A DNA stretch of 64,000 nucleotides from positions 32,001 to 96,000 of the forward strand of contig JBGAON010000005.1 of the NCBI GenBank assembly GCA_044221725.1. The letters run 5' to 3'. How positions within the stretch are numbered: the stretch's first letter is position 1; every line of letters starts with the position of its first letter. Positions 25,717 through 35,109 of this stretch are shown piece by piece. The position numbers were made by a program, and so were the translations under genes. Below the pieces are notes generated by a model, which saw only the letters and a program-made list of their open reading frames with translations, ran no database searches and was not told where the DNA came from. Origin of the DNA: Elusimicrobiota bacterium. GTDB taxonomy: Bacteria; Elusimicrobiota; Elusimicrobia; F11.

Positions 25717-28272
25717 ATGCAAGCCGTTATCCTTGCTGGGGGATTTGGAACCCGGTTGCGTCCTTTGACCATCAACCTGCCAAAGCCCATGGCCCCCGTC
25801 GTGAATCAACCGATGATGGAGCACGTGGTGCGCTTGCTTGAAAAGCACGGATTTCGCGACCTGTTGTGTATGCTGCATTACTCACCGGACGTCATTACAC
25901 GGCATTTTGAGAGCGGAAAGAATTGGGACGTGAACATGTCTTATCTGCGCCCCGAAGTGGACTTGGGAACGGCCGGGTGCATTCGTTACGCGGCCGATAC
26001 GGTTGAGCACAAAGATCTTGCCCGCGAACCATTTGTTGTGATGTCTGGCGACGTGTTGACCGACATTGATCTCACGAAAGCCTGGGAATTTCATAAGCAA
26101 AAGAAAGCCGCGGCGACACTCGTGCTCACGCGCACGATAAAGCCGCTGCAATACGGCGTTGTCATCACCGACGATGAAGGGCGCATTGTTCGCTTTCTTG
26201 AAAAGCCAACCTGGGGCGAAGTTTTTTCCGACACCGTTAACACAGGTATCTATATTCTGAGCCCCGAAGCCGTGAAATTAATTCCGCCGGACGAGGCGTT
26301 CGATTTCTCGAAAAATTTATTTCCAAAGATGATCAAGCAGGGATTGCCGCTGTACGGATACGTGGCGCCCGGTTATTGGAAAGACGTTGGTGATTTGACC
26401 GAATACCGAATGGCGCATATCGATATTCTCGAGAACAAGGCTCATGTGAAAGTGAGCGGCACCCCTTTGAAAGAATTTCCAAACGTTTCGGTGGGAGAGA
26501 ATTGCGAGATTGAGCCTGGCGTTCGTTTTGAAGGAAACGTGGTGCTTGGAAAAGGCGTGCATATCGGTCGCGATGCGGAGATCACGCAGTCCGTCATTGG
26601 AAATTTTGTGCGCATTGGGTCGGGCGCCAGCATTCGGAAGTCCGTTGTGTGGGACCGCACGCTTATTTTGCCGGAAACGGATTTACGAGAAGCCATCGTT
26701 GGACGCGGTGTGCGGATTGGGCAGCGCGCGCGTATTGAAGTGGGCGCGGTCGTGGCGAGTCGTTGTGAGATCGGTGCGGACGCTGTGCTCAAGCCCTCGG
26801 TCAAAATGTGGCCGGAAAAAACGCTCGAAGAAGGAGCGGTGTTGTCCAGTTCGCTCGTGTGGGGCGAACGTTGGACGAAACAACTTTTTGGAAACGCTGG
26901 CATCACCGGCCTCGCAAATATTGAAGTGACGCCCGAGTTCGCTGCGAAACTGGGCGCCGCCTACGGCGCGATGCTTGGTCAAGGTGCGTACGTGATCACA
27001 TCGCGCGACGCTCACAAGGCCAGCCGACTTCTTAAGCGCGCGCTTATTTCTGGTTTGCTCTCCGAAGGCGTTCGCGTCGGAGATCTTCGCATGGTGCCGG
27101 TGCCAATTGTGCGGTACGAAATGGGGAAAGAAGGCGAGTCCGGAGGCGTGCACGTGCGGTTATCGCCGTTCGATTCGCGTATGGTCGATATTCGAATTTT
27201 TGATCGCGACGGAAACGATTTGCCAATTGCCAAAGAAAAAGCGATCGAACAACTTTTCATGCGCGAGGATTTCAAGCGCTCGGCTGTGCAGGATGTTGGG
27301 GAAATCACGGTGCCGCCCCGGGTGCAAGAGTATTACCGGACGGGTTTCCTGAAAAACATCAATTCCTCCACGCTCAAGCATCGCCGGTTCAAAGTGGTTA
27401 TCGATTATTCGCATTCGGCAGCTTCCCAAATTCTTCCCGACCTTCTTGGAGAACTCGGAATTGAGTCGGTGGCTATCAATGCGCACACCTCCACCGCCCA
27501 TGTGACGCGCACGGAGGCGGAGTTCCAGCGGTCGCTGAACGAACTTTCCAATATTGTCACCACGCTCAAGGCCGACGCCGGCTTCTTAATTGACAATGGC
27601 GCCGAGAAACTATTTATCGTAAATGAAAAGGGACGCATCATTTCGTCGGAAGAAGCGCTCGTGCTTGTTGGCTTATTGGTGTTGCAAGGCCACAACCGGG
27701 ACGTTATAGGGTATCCGGTTCGCGCTTCGTCGCTGTTGGAGCAGCTTGGCACAATGAAAGGCGCAACGGTCCTGCGCACGCCGATCAATCCCCGTCATAT
27801 TTTGGATTACGCACGCAAACCCAACATGGGATTTGTGGGCGATGCCGAGGGTGGTTTCATTTTCCCGAAATTCCAACCAGCGTTTGACGCGATGTACGCG
27901 GTGGCGCACATTTTGGAAATGCTGGCCGAGCTCAATACCGCGCTCGGCGATTTTTGGGACCAGCACGCGCAGCCGATTCATCTTTTGCATCGCCGCGTTC
28001 CGTGCTCGTGGGGAAAGAAGGGCCAGGTGATGCGCTTGGCTCAAATGGTGAAGGAAGGGCAGCGCATTGAGCTTTTGGACGGCGTGAAGATTCATTTTAC
28101 GGATGGTTGGGTGCTGGTTTTGCCCGACGGGAACGAAGCCTATTGTCACTTGTGGGTGGAGGGAAAAACCGAAGCGGCCGCCCGAGCGTACATGGAAAAT
28201 TACACGAAGAACGTGCACGAGTGGCAGTCGATTGAGGACGAAGAGATTCAAAAAGAGTCTCCAGTGAAATAA
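25717..28272 (+). CDS. Mannose-1-phosphate guanylyltransferase-like NTP transferase with hexapeptide repeats and a PGM/PMM-like domain
   Basis: ILAGGFGTRLRPLT...PKP, FLEKP, a left-handed beta-helix region, then LFG..GITGLAN (PMM-like). Confidence 0.88.
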   Translation: MQAVILAGGFGTRLRPLTINLPKPMAPVVNQPMMEHVVRLLEKHGFRDLLCMLHYSPDVITRHFESGKNWDVNMSYLRPEVDLGTAGCIRYAADTVEHKDLAREPFVVMSGDVLTDIDLTKAWEFHKQKKAAATLVLTRTIKPLQYGVVITDDEGRIVRFLEKPTWGEVFSDTVNTGIYILSPEAVKLIPPDEAFDFSKNLFPKMIKQGLPLYGYVAPGYWKDVGDLTEYRMAHIDILENKAHVKVSGTPLKEFPNVSVGENCEIEPGVRFEGNVVLGKGVHIGRDAEITQSVIGNFVRIGSGASIRKSVVWDRTLILPETDLREAIVGRGVRIGQRARIEVGAVVASRCEIGADAVLKPSVKMWPEKTLEEGAVLSSSLVWGERWTKQLFGNAGITGLANIEVTPEFAAKLGAAYGAMLGQGAYVITSRDAHKASRLLKRALISGLLSEGVRVGDLRMVPVPIVRYEMGKEGESGGVHVRLSPFDSRMVDIRIFDRDGNDLPIAKEKAIEQLFMREDFKRSAVQDVGEITVPPRVQEYYRTGFLKNINSSTLKHRRFKVVIDYSHSAASQILPDLLGELGIESVAINAHTSTAHVTRTEAEFQRSLNELSNIVTTLKADAGFLIDNGAEKLFIVNEKGRIISSEEALVLVGLLVLQGHNRDVIGYPVRASSLLEQLGTMKGATVLRTPINPRHILDYARKPNMGFVGDAEGGFIFPKFQPAFDAMYAVAHILEMLAELNTALGDFWDQHAQPIHLLHRRVPCSWGKKGQVMRLAQMVKEGQRIELLDGVKIHFTDGWVLVLPDGNEAYCHLWVEGKTEAAARAYMENYTKNVHEWQSIEDEEIQKESPVK

Positions 28273-29096
28273 TGAAGAAGATTGCGATTACCAATCAAAA
28301 GGGTGGCGTCGGGAAAACGACGACCGCGATTAATCTATCAACGGCGGTCGCATTGGCCGGCGTGAAAACGCTTGTGGTGGATTTGGATCCGCAAGCGAAC
28401 GTAACGTCTGGCTTCGGCGTGGAAAAAGCCGGTGTCGATTCGAACGTGTACGCTGCAATAATTGGAAATCGGCCGATGGCGGAAGTGATTGTCAAAACAC
28501 AAGTGCCCAATTTGAGCTTGGCGCCTTCTGGCATTGACCTTGTGGGCGCAGAGCTTGAGCTGGCTTCAATGGACGGCCGCGAAAACCGGCTTAAGAACGC
28601 GTTGGCGACGCTTAACGATGAATACCAATTTGTATTTTTTGACTGCCCGCCGTCCTTGGGGCTTATTACCCTGAATGCGTTAATCGCGGCGGATTCGATT
28701 CTTATTCCGATTCAGTGCGAGTATTACGCGCTTGAAGGACTCACGCAGCTCGTGACCTCGATAGAATTTATACGCAACCGGTTTAATGCAAACTTGCAAG
28801 TGGAAGGTTTGGTTTTTACGATGTACGACGGCCGCTCGAACCTCACTCGGCAAGTGCGCGAAGAAGTGGAAAAGCATTTTTACGGCAAAACCTATCGCAA
28901 CTGGATTCCGCGCAATGTTCGATTGGCCGAGGCGCCGGGCTTTGGTAAGCCAGGCGTAATCTACGATCCGCAATCGGTCGGCTCGCGCGCGTACAAACTT
29001 TTGGCGGACGAATTTTTACAAAACAACGGCATTCGGCCTTACGAGAACACAGTGACGGAAACAGCAGCATCACCGGAGCCGGCGGGGGTGGCATAA
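28272..29096 (+). CDS. parA: Chromosome partitioning ATPase ParA/Soj
   Basis: NQKGGVGKTT, DLDPQAN, DCPPSLG and IPRNVRLAEAP. Confidence 0.96.
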   Translation: MKKIAITNQKGGVGKTTTAINLSTAVALAGVKTLVVDLDPQANVTSGFGVEKAGVDSNVYAAIIGNRPMAEVIVKTQVPNLSLAPSGIDLVGAELELASMDGRENRLKNALATLNDEYQFVFFDCPPSLGLITLNALIAADSILIPIQCEYYALEGLTQLVTSIEFIRNRFNANLQVEGLVFTMYDGRSNLTRQVREEVEKHFYGKTYRNWIPRNVRLAEAPGFGKPGVIYDPQSVGSRAYKLLADEFLQNNGIRPYENTVTETAASPEPAGVA

Positions 29097-30004
29097 TGGC
29101 TGGACACAAAGCACTGGGACGTGGACTCGAAGCACTCTTCTCTTCAGCGCAAGCAAAAGTGAAAACCGATGCACCGGTGGCGACCGCGCCAACCGCCACA
29201 ATCGATGCTCCCGTAAATCAAATCCGTGAAATTTCTGTTTCGCACATCAAACCGAACCGTCATCAACCGCGCACACAATTTGATCCGGCCGCGCTGCAGG
29301 AACTGGCCGACTCGATAAAATCGCACGGCCTCGCGCAACCTTTGCTGGTAACCGAAACCGCGATGCCCGGCGAATACGAACTTGTTGCCGGCGAACGCCG
29401 ATTGCGCGCATCGAAAATGGCGGGGCTCACTGTGGTTCCTTGCACCGTTCGAAAAATGTCGAACCGCGAACGGTTTGAAGTCGCACTGATTGAAAACATT
29501 CAGCGTCAAGATTTGAACGCGCTCGAAGAAGCCGCGGCGCTTGATGGTCTTATGAAGGAATACGATTTGACGCAGGAAGATGTGGCAACGGCGATCGGCA
29601 AAAGCCGCTCCGCTGTTGCGAACGTGCTTCGCTTGCTGCGTTTGCATGAAGATGTTCAGGCCGCGGTTCGCGCCGGTACGATTTCCGAGGGCCACGCGAA
29701 ATGTCTCGCCGGTGTAGCCGAACACACCGAACAATTGCGTCTTCTCATTAAAATTATCGAGGAGCACCTGAGTGTTCGTCAACTCGAAGCCTTGCTCGCG
29801 CCGGGAACGTTCAAGAAAAAAAGTGCGAACTTCGGCCCAAAGGCGGCGCTGCCGGAAGTTCTCAAATATCAAGAAGAGATCCAGCGTGTTCTCGGTCGCC
29901 GCGTCGAAATCCAATCGAGTGGCGGAAAGAAAGGTTGGATCAAGTTCGAGTTTTACAACCCCGAGGACTTGGATACGCTCTGCCAAAAGTTGGGACTGAA
30001 GTAG
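29096..30004 (+). CDS. parB: Chromosome partitioning protein ParB
   Basis: ALGRGL, QPR, AGERRLRA, ENIQRQDL and an HTH region GKSRSAVAN. Confidence 0.96.
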   Translation: MAGHKALGRGLEALFSSAQAKVKTDAPVATAPTATIDAPVNQIREISVSHIKPNRHQPRTQFDPAALQELADSIKSHGLAQPLLVTETAMPGEYELVAGERRLRASKMAGLTVVPCTVRKMSNRERFEVALIENIQRQDLNALEEAAALDGLMKEYDLTQEDVATAIGKSRSAVANVLRLLRLHEDVQAAVRAGTISEGHAKCLAGVAEHTEQLRLLIKIIEEHLSVRQLEALLAPGTFKKKSANFGPKAALPEVLKYQEEIQRVLGRRVEIQSSGGKKGWIKFEFYNPEDLDTLCQKLGLK

Positions 30005-30007
30005 GAA

Positions 30008-31156
30008 GTGTCTCTCCTCGATGCGTCGGCTCAAAAGAAATTCCTAAAAAAGCTGCTCGCGTGGTACAAGAAGCACGGTCGCCACGATATGCCTTGGCGA
30101 AAAACGAAAGATCCGTACGCGGTGCTTCTTTCCGAATTCATGCTGCAACAAACGACTGTTGCGACGGTTCGCCCGTATTACGACCGCTTTCTGAAAAAAT
30201 TTCCGACGCTTCAATCGTTGGCCGACGCCGAACTTAATTCGGTCCTCGCGTTGTGGTCGGGGCTTGGTTATTACGCGCGGGCGCGAAATCTTTGGGCGGC
30301 TGCGCGCGCGATTGTGACGGATCATAATGGAAAAATTCCATCCGACGTGGTTGCGCTTGAAAAGCTTCCGGGCATTGGCGCGTATACGGCGGGCGCGATA
30401 TCCGCGTTCGCGTTTAATCGGCCGGCCGCTGTGCTTGATGCCAACGTGAACCGAGTGCTTATGCGGCTTCTCGCTATCGAAGACGACCCGCGCTTGCGCG
30501 CGGTTCAAATCGTTCTGCAAAAAATGGCGCTGGAGCTTGCGAGCATGCCGCGTCCGGTGACCACGTCAATTCCGAGCCGTGGTCAATCGTGCTCGCGCGA
30601 TACAAACCTGGCGCTGATGGATATTGGATCGACCGTTTGTTTGCCGGCCAAGCCACTGTGCGAACAATGCCCCGTATCGGAGTTTTGCTTGGCACTTCAA
30701 GCGGGAAAGCAAGAAGCCATTCCGCTCAAAGGCGAAACACCCGAGCGGCCGAAAATTCGGCGTTTGTTCGCCGCGCTCCAATACAAAGGCGCATGGCTCA
30801 TGGGCCAACGTCCCAAAGAAGGTTTGTTCGGAGGATTGTGGGAATTAATTGGCGTGGATGTGCCCACGAGCGTTGAGCCGGTGGAATATCTCGAAGAATT
30901 TGTCGAGCAGGAGATTGGTTTCAAGATTCGCGTGCGGCAGGCCATTCCTATGTTCGAGCACCAATTGTCGCACCGCATCTTTGTTGTCCGTGCCTTCCTT
31001 TGCGATCCAATGACCACCGGGCCCGATCTTCTCCCCACGAAAGGGAAGCGGTATGACCGGTTTAAATGGGTAAAGCCGTCCAAAATGAATTCGCTCGGAA
31101 TCTCCTCCATTACACAGCGTATTTTTGCGCTATTGGAACAAACTCCGTCTTCTTAA
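30008..31156 (+). CDS. mutY: A/G-specific adenine glycosylase
   Basis: SEFMLQQT, WSGLGYY, LPGIGAYTA and the Fe-S motif C-x6-C-x2-C-x5-C. Confidence 0.95.
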   Translation: MSLLDASAQKKFLKKLLAWYKKHGRHDMPWRKTKDPYAVLLSEFMLQQTTVATVRPYYDRFLKKFPTLQSLADAELNSVLALWSGLGYYARARNLWAAARAIVTDHNGKIPSDVVALEKLPGIGAYTAGAISAFAFNRPAAVLDANVNRVLMRLLAIEDDPRLRAVQIVLQKMALELASMPRPVTTSIPSRGQSCSRDTNLALMDIGSTVCLPAKPLCEQCPVSEFCLALQAGKQEAIPLKGETPERPKIRRLFAALQYKGAWLMGQRPKEGLFGGLWELIGVDVPTSVEPVEYLEEFVEQEIGFKIRVRQAIPMFEHQLSHRIFVVRAFLCDPMTTGPDLLPTKGKRYDRFKWVKPSKMNSLGISSITQRIFALLEQTPSS

Positions 31157-31163
31157 TTTTTTG

Positions 31164-31192
31164 TTGACGGCCAACGGCAACTAAGCTACCAT
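31164..31192 (+). promoter_or_regulatory. Sigma70-type promoter for the rpsP operon
   Basis: TTGACG-17 nt-TACCAT. Confidence 0.65.
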
Positions 31193-31291
31193 CCGCCACA
31201 GCTTTTGCCAAAAAACCCCCCTGTCTGGTCAATCCATGAGAGGAACCCGCACGGGTGTTTTGTTGGCTATTTTAATTAGAGTGAGAAAAAA

Positions 31292-31627
31292 ATGAGTGTT
31301 CGAATTCGTTTCAATCGTATCGGTCGGCCGCACGCCGCCTATTATCGTCTGGTCGCCATCGATCGTCGCCAAGCACGGGACGCTTCTCCAATTGAAGTGC
31401 TTGGCACATTCAATCCACGCAACATGAAAAACCCCGAAGTGATCCACGTTGAACGGATCAAATATTGGGTTGGCGTCGGCGCACTCCCGACCGAATCCGT
31501 GGTCCACACATTGAAACAAGCGGGTATTTGGGAACAAGTGAAGCCCGCTGCGAAAGCGGCTCCTGCAGCGAAGCCAGCCGCGGAAAAACCGGCGGCCAAA
31601 TCCGCCAGCAAAGCTTCAAAAAGTTAA
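31292..31627 (+). CDS. rpsP: 30S ribosomal protein S16 with Ala/Lys-rich tail
   Basis: VRIRFNRIG...YRLVAID...IEVLGTFNP...WVGVGA.PT. Confidence 0.95.
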   Translation: MSVRIRFNRIGRPHAAYYRLVAIDRRQARDASPIEVLGTFNPRNMKNPEVIHVERIKYWVGVGALPTESVVHTLKQAGIWEQVKPAAKAAPAAKPAAEKPAAKSASKASKS

Positions 31628-31671
31628 ATCCTCTTTTTCCGTCCTGTCGTTGACTCCCGGTCGTCACCGTT

Positions 31672-31911
31672 ATGGATGAGAACGTTTATCAAGTAAAAGA
31701 TTTGGCCGGGTGCGTGGTCGTCACCACAAAAGGGGAAACGCTCGGGCTTCTGCGCGATGTGTTGCCCACCGGCGCAAACGACATTTATGTGGTTGGCGAA
31801 GGCAAGGACGAGGTTTTGATTCCGGCTTTAAAGTCTGTTGTCCGGAAAATTGATATTGCAAACAAACGTATTGACGTCGAATTGCCGGATGGGTTGCGAG
31901 ATCATCCTTGA
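31672..31911 (+). CDS. rimM: RimM, C-terminal PRC-barrel domain only
   Basis: DLAGC.V...G..LG....V..TGANDIYVV...LIP.....V..ID; lies between rpsP and trmD; only 79 aa. Confidence 0.85.
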   Translation: MDENVYQVKDLAGCVVVTTKGETLGLLRDVLPTGANDIYVVGEGKDEVLIPALKSVVRKIDIANKRIDVELPDGLRDHP

Positions 31912-32594
31912 CGTTGGCCGTTGATATTCTCACGATTTTTCCTTCGATGTTAGAAGGTCCGCTTTCGGAAAGTTTGATAAAGAAAGCGCAAGACGCGGGA
32001 CTTTTAAAAATTCGTGTGCACAATTTGAGAGAGTGGTCGGACGATAAAAGGCATCGAAAGATTGATGATCGTCCGTATGGCGGCGGAGCGGGTATGGTGT
32101 TCCGGCCGGAACCGATTTACCAAGCGTTGAAAGCGCTGGGTGGTTTAAAGAAAGGCAAATCAGCGCCGTGGGTTGTTTATCTTTCGCCGCAGGGCAAGAT
32201 GCTCACCCAAAAGTTGGCGGAAAAAATTGCCACAAAGAAAAATTTGATTCTGTTGTGCGGGCATTACGAAGGTGTGGATGAGCGTGTGATGGACTTCGTT
32301 GATCAGGAAATTTCGATCGGCGATTATGTTTTGACCGGCGGAGAGCTGCCGGCGTTGGTGTTGGTGGATGTGCTGGCCCGGTTTGTGCCGGGCGTGGTGG
32401 GGGATCCAGATTCGGTAAGAAACGATTCGTTCTCCACCGGCATTTTGGATCACCCGCATTACACGCGACCCAGTGAATGGCGCGGAAAGAAAGTGCCCAA
32501 TGCGCTGCTGTCTGGAAATCATCGTGAGATCGATGCGTGGCGAAAGAAAGCAGCCTTGCAACAGACAAAGCGGAAAAGACCAGATTTGATTTAA
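31908..32594 (+). CDS. trmD: tRNA (guanine37-N1)-methyltransferase
   Basis: [21 protein letters not shown] and [11 protein letters not shown]. Confidence 0.97.
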   Translation: MTLAVDILTIFPSMLEGPLSESLIKKAQDAGLLKIRVHNLREWSDDKRHRKIDDRPYGGGAGMVFRPEPIYQALKALGGLKKGKSAPWVVYLSPQGKMLTQKLAEKIATKKNLILLCGHYEGVDERVMDFVDQEISIGDYVLTGGELPALVLVDVLARFVPGVVGDPDSVRNDSFSTGILDHPHYTRPSEWRGKKVPNALLSGNHREIDAWRKKAALQQTKRKRPDLI

Positions 32595-32596
32595 AC

Positions 32597-32627
32597 CTGA
32601 CTCCTAGCCATGAATGCCGGGATGACG
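32597..32627. repeat. Degenerate half copy of the palindromic element
   Basis: CTGACTCCTAGCCATGAATGCCGGGATGACG resembles the reverse complement of the left arm at 24243. Confidence 0.5.
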
Positions 32628-32647
32628 ACAAAAAGGATGAAATGATT

Positions 32648-33097
32648 ATGAACAAACAAGAAATTCTTAACTACGTTGATAAGAAATACGAAAAGAAAGA
32701 AGCCAAAGAATTTCGCGTCGGTGATACCGTACGCGTGTCTGTTCGAATCACCGAAGGTGGCGCTACCCGCGTTCAGGCGTTTGAAGGAACGGTCATTTCA
32801 TTCAAAGGTCACGGCGGAGCTCGAACCTTCACGGTCCGGAAAATTTCATTTGGTGTGGGTGTGGAACGGTGCTTCCCGCTGACGTCGCCGACACTCGATA
32901 AAATTGAAATCGTTCGTTCGGGCCACGCTCGCCGTGCAAAACTTTATTATCTGCGTGACCGTATCGGGCGTGCTGCGAAACTTGAAGATAAAGACGCGCT
33001 TCAGGCCGACCTTAAAAAAACGGCCGCGGCAACCGCCGACGCAAAAGCGGCTCCTTCGGCTCCTCAACAGGAACTGGCTGCCGCCATCAAAAAATAA
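32648..33097 (+). CDS. rplS: 50S ribosomal protein L19
   Basis: [29 protein letters not shown] and RRAKLYYLR. Confidence 0.97.
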   Translation: MNKQEILNYVDKKYEKKEAKEFRVGDTVRVSVRITEGGATRVQAFEGTVISFKGHGGARTFTVRKISFGVGVERCFPLTSPTLDKIEIVRSGHARRAKLYYLRDRIGRAAKLEDKDALQADLKKTAAATADAKAAPSAPQQELAAAIKK

Positions 33098-33112
33098 CGT
33101 AACGGCGTTTTT

Positions 33113-33736
33113 GTGCAGCAGCTGGACGAATACGAATTCGATTCAAAAATCCTTTCCAGCTTAAACCTCTCAAAAATCCCCGCGCTCGCCGGCGTCGATG
33201 AAGCTGGCCGTGGTCCACTCGCGGGTCCCGTGGTTGCAGCGGCTGTTATCCTCCCGTTCGACTCTCGTATTGAAGGTCTTCGCGACAGCAAAGTTGTGCC
33301 CGTTGAACAGCGAGAAGCCTTGTTTTGCGAAATTCAGGAAACCGCTCTCGCTTTTGAAGTTACCGTGGTCCCCCATGAACTTATCGATTGTCTGAACATC
33401 CTCGAAGCGTCGCTTTATGCGATGCGACGCTCCGTGCAGGCGCTTTCCATGAAACCTGACATTGTCGTTGTGGACGGAAACAAAAAACCGGGAAGTGGTT
33501 TTCTTGAGCAAGCGATAATTCAAGGGGACGGTCAGAGCGCTGCCATCATGGCCGCCAGCATCCTTGCGAAGGTAACGCGCGACCACATTATGACGGAATT
33601 CCATGAGCTTTATCCGATGTACGGATTTGACGAACACAAAGGGTACAGCTCTGCGCAGCATTTGGAAGCGTTGCAAAAATTCGGTCCCTCCCCGATTCAT
33701 CGGCGAAGTTTTGAGCCGGTTCGGGTAGCGGGATGA
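33113..33736 (+). CDS. rnhB: Ribonuclease HII
   Basis: GVDEAGRGPLAGPV, DSK and AASILAKVTRD. Confidence 0.97.
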   Translation: MQQLDEYEFDSKILSSLNLSKIPALAGVDEAGRGPLAGPVVAAAVILPFDSRIEGLRDSKVVPVEQREALFCEIQETALAFEVTVVPHELIDCLNILEASLYAMRRSVQALSMKPDIVVVDGNKKPGSGFLEQAIIQGDGQSAAIMAASILAKVTRDHIMTEFHELYPMYGFDEHKGYSSAQHLEALQKFGPSPIHRRSFEPVRVAG

Positions 33737-34101
33737 CGAAAACCAAAAAGTATTTCGGCGCTCACGGCGAGCAACAGGCAAAAAACTTCCTGATTGAGAA
33801 AGGCTACCGCTTTGTCGAAGAAAACTTTTGCATCCGCGGCGGCGAAATCGACCTCATCATGGAAGATAAGAAGACGCTCGTTTTTGTTGAAGTGAAGTAT
33901 CGAAACAATTTTGTACAAGGTCCCGCCGAAGAAGCCATCACGCCGAACAAAATCCATTTTGTTACGCGAACCGCGCTCCTCTACATCAAAGCGCGCGGCT
34001 TTCTGGAGCGCGCGATTCGTTTTGACGTGGTGATCATCGATAATAACGGTGTGAAGCATTACCCGGATGCGTTTCAAGCGAGAGGGAATTACTATTATTA
34101 A
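33733..34101 (+). CDS. yraN: YraN family nuclease
   Basis: GE..A..FL..KGY, GEIDLI, LVFVEVK.R and RFDVV. Confidence 0.93.
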   Translation: MTKTKKYFGAHGEQQAKNFLIEKGYRFVEENFCIRGGEIDLIMEDKKTLVFVEVKYRNNFVQGPAEEAITPNKIHFVTRTALLYIKARGFLERAIRFDVVIIDNNGVKHYPDAFQARGNYYY

Positions 34102-34107
34102 TGAACC

Positions 34108-34656
34108 ATGTTGATACGAAAACTTTTTAAAGCCGAGATGGCGCACACCACGGTCGGTGCGTACACCAAGCGATGCCACCATATTCACGGACACAGTTAT
34201 CGTTTCGAATTGTTCCTAAAAAGCACGAAGCCGAATCCCGCTATGATGGTTTCCGATTTCCGCGCCGTTAAAGATGTCGGCATCAACGATTTTTTCGATT
34301 CGTTCGACCACGCCGTGACGATTTGGCATAAAGACCCGCGCGCGAAAATTATTCGTCAGATCAATCCCGATCGGCATATTCTCGTGCCGTTTAATCCGAC
34401 CGCGGAAATGTTATCGAAGGCCTTTTTTGTGGTTGCCGAGAAAATCCTAAAGGTGGGGGAAAAACTTAGCGGTGAACAAGATGTGTCGGTGTCGCACGTG
34501 ATCGTGCATGAAACCGATACGGGCTTTGGAATGTTCAGCGCGCAAGACGTGGCGTTGGATGGATTTCCTGACGTGAAACTAAAAGATTGGGTTTTCTCTG
34601 ACGGAATTCAATCCGAATGGGAAAACAAGCGCTGGCACAAAAAAGTTTTTCGGTAA
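34108..34656 (+). CDS. queD: 6-carboxytetrahydropterin synthase (QueD/PTPS family)
   Basis: AH...C...HGHSY, FDHA, NPTAE and VHET. Confidence 0.85.
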   Translation: MLIRKLFKAEMAHTTVGAYTKRCHHIHGHSYRFELFLKSTKPNPAMMVSDFRAVKDVGINDFFDSFDHAVTIWHKDPRAKIIRQINPDRHILVPFNPTAEMLSKAFFVVAEKILKVGEKLSGEQDVSVSHVIVHETDTGFGMFSAQDVALDGFPDVKLKDWVFSDGIQSEWENKRWHKKVFR

Positions 34657-34659
34657 TGC

Positions 34660-35109
34660 TCAGTAACTCGACCACGGACTCGATTTGGTGTCCGGATGGC
34701 TGCAGTTAACGAACACGCTTCCTTCGTATGGATTTCCCGGCAGGGTGTAGTACCACGCACCGCTTGCGGAGTCATCGAATGTGCTCGTAATTCCGGTTTT
34801 ATTGTCATGTCCGGACGAGGGAACGCCGCTAACCGCGGGAATTGAATAACTTGGAATAGAGTCGATGTACTTTTCGTCGGTTAGCAATGCGGTTGGAAGA
34901 TCATCCGGATAGGCCTGGACATCGGAATAATAAATGCTGATTGCGCTTCGGAGCGCTCCCAGGCCCGCTTTTACCTTTGATTCTTTCGCTTTCGTAACAA
35001 GCTCGGCAAATTTTGGAATCGCCACGGCGGCTAGCACACCTATGATAGCCACCACGATCATAAGTTCAATCAGCGTAAACCCATTGATTCTTGGGGTATT
35101 TCGTTTCAT
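34660..35109 (-). CDS. Type IV pilin/pseudopilin
   Basis: Prepilin cleavage site G|FTLIELMIVVAIIGVLAAVAIP. Confidence 0.9.
   Translation of the reverse strand: MKRNTPRINGFTLIELMIVVAIIGVLAAVAIPKFAELVTKAKESKVKAGLGALRSAISIYYSDVQAYPDDLPTALLTDEKYIDSIPSYSIPAVSGVPSSGHDNKTGITSTFDDSASGAWYYTLPGNPYEGSVFVNCSHPDTKSSPWSSY

Noticed and set aside
31207..31267. SRP RNA upstream of rpsP
   Set aside because: Only superficially similar; lacks the CAGG/AGCA internal loop and the GNRA tetraloop.
33685..33695. CCCTCC upstream of yraN as a further sRNA target
   Set aside because: Only 6 nt, and explained by the conserved GPSP codons of rnhB.
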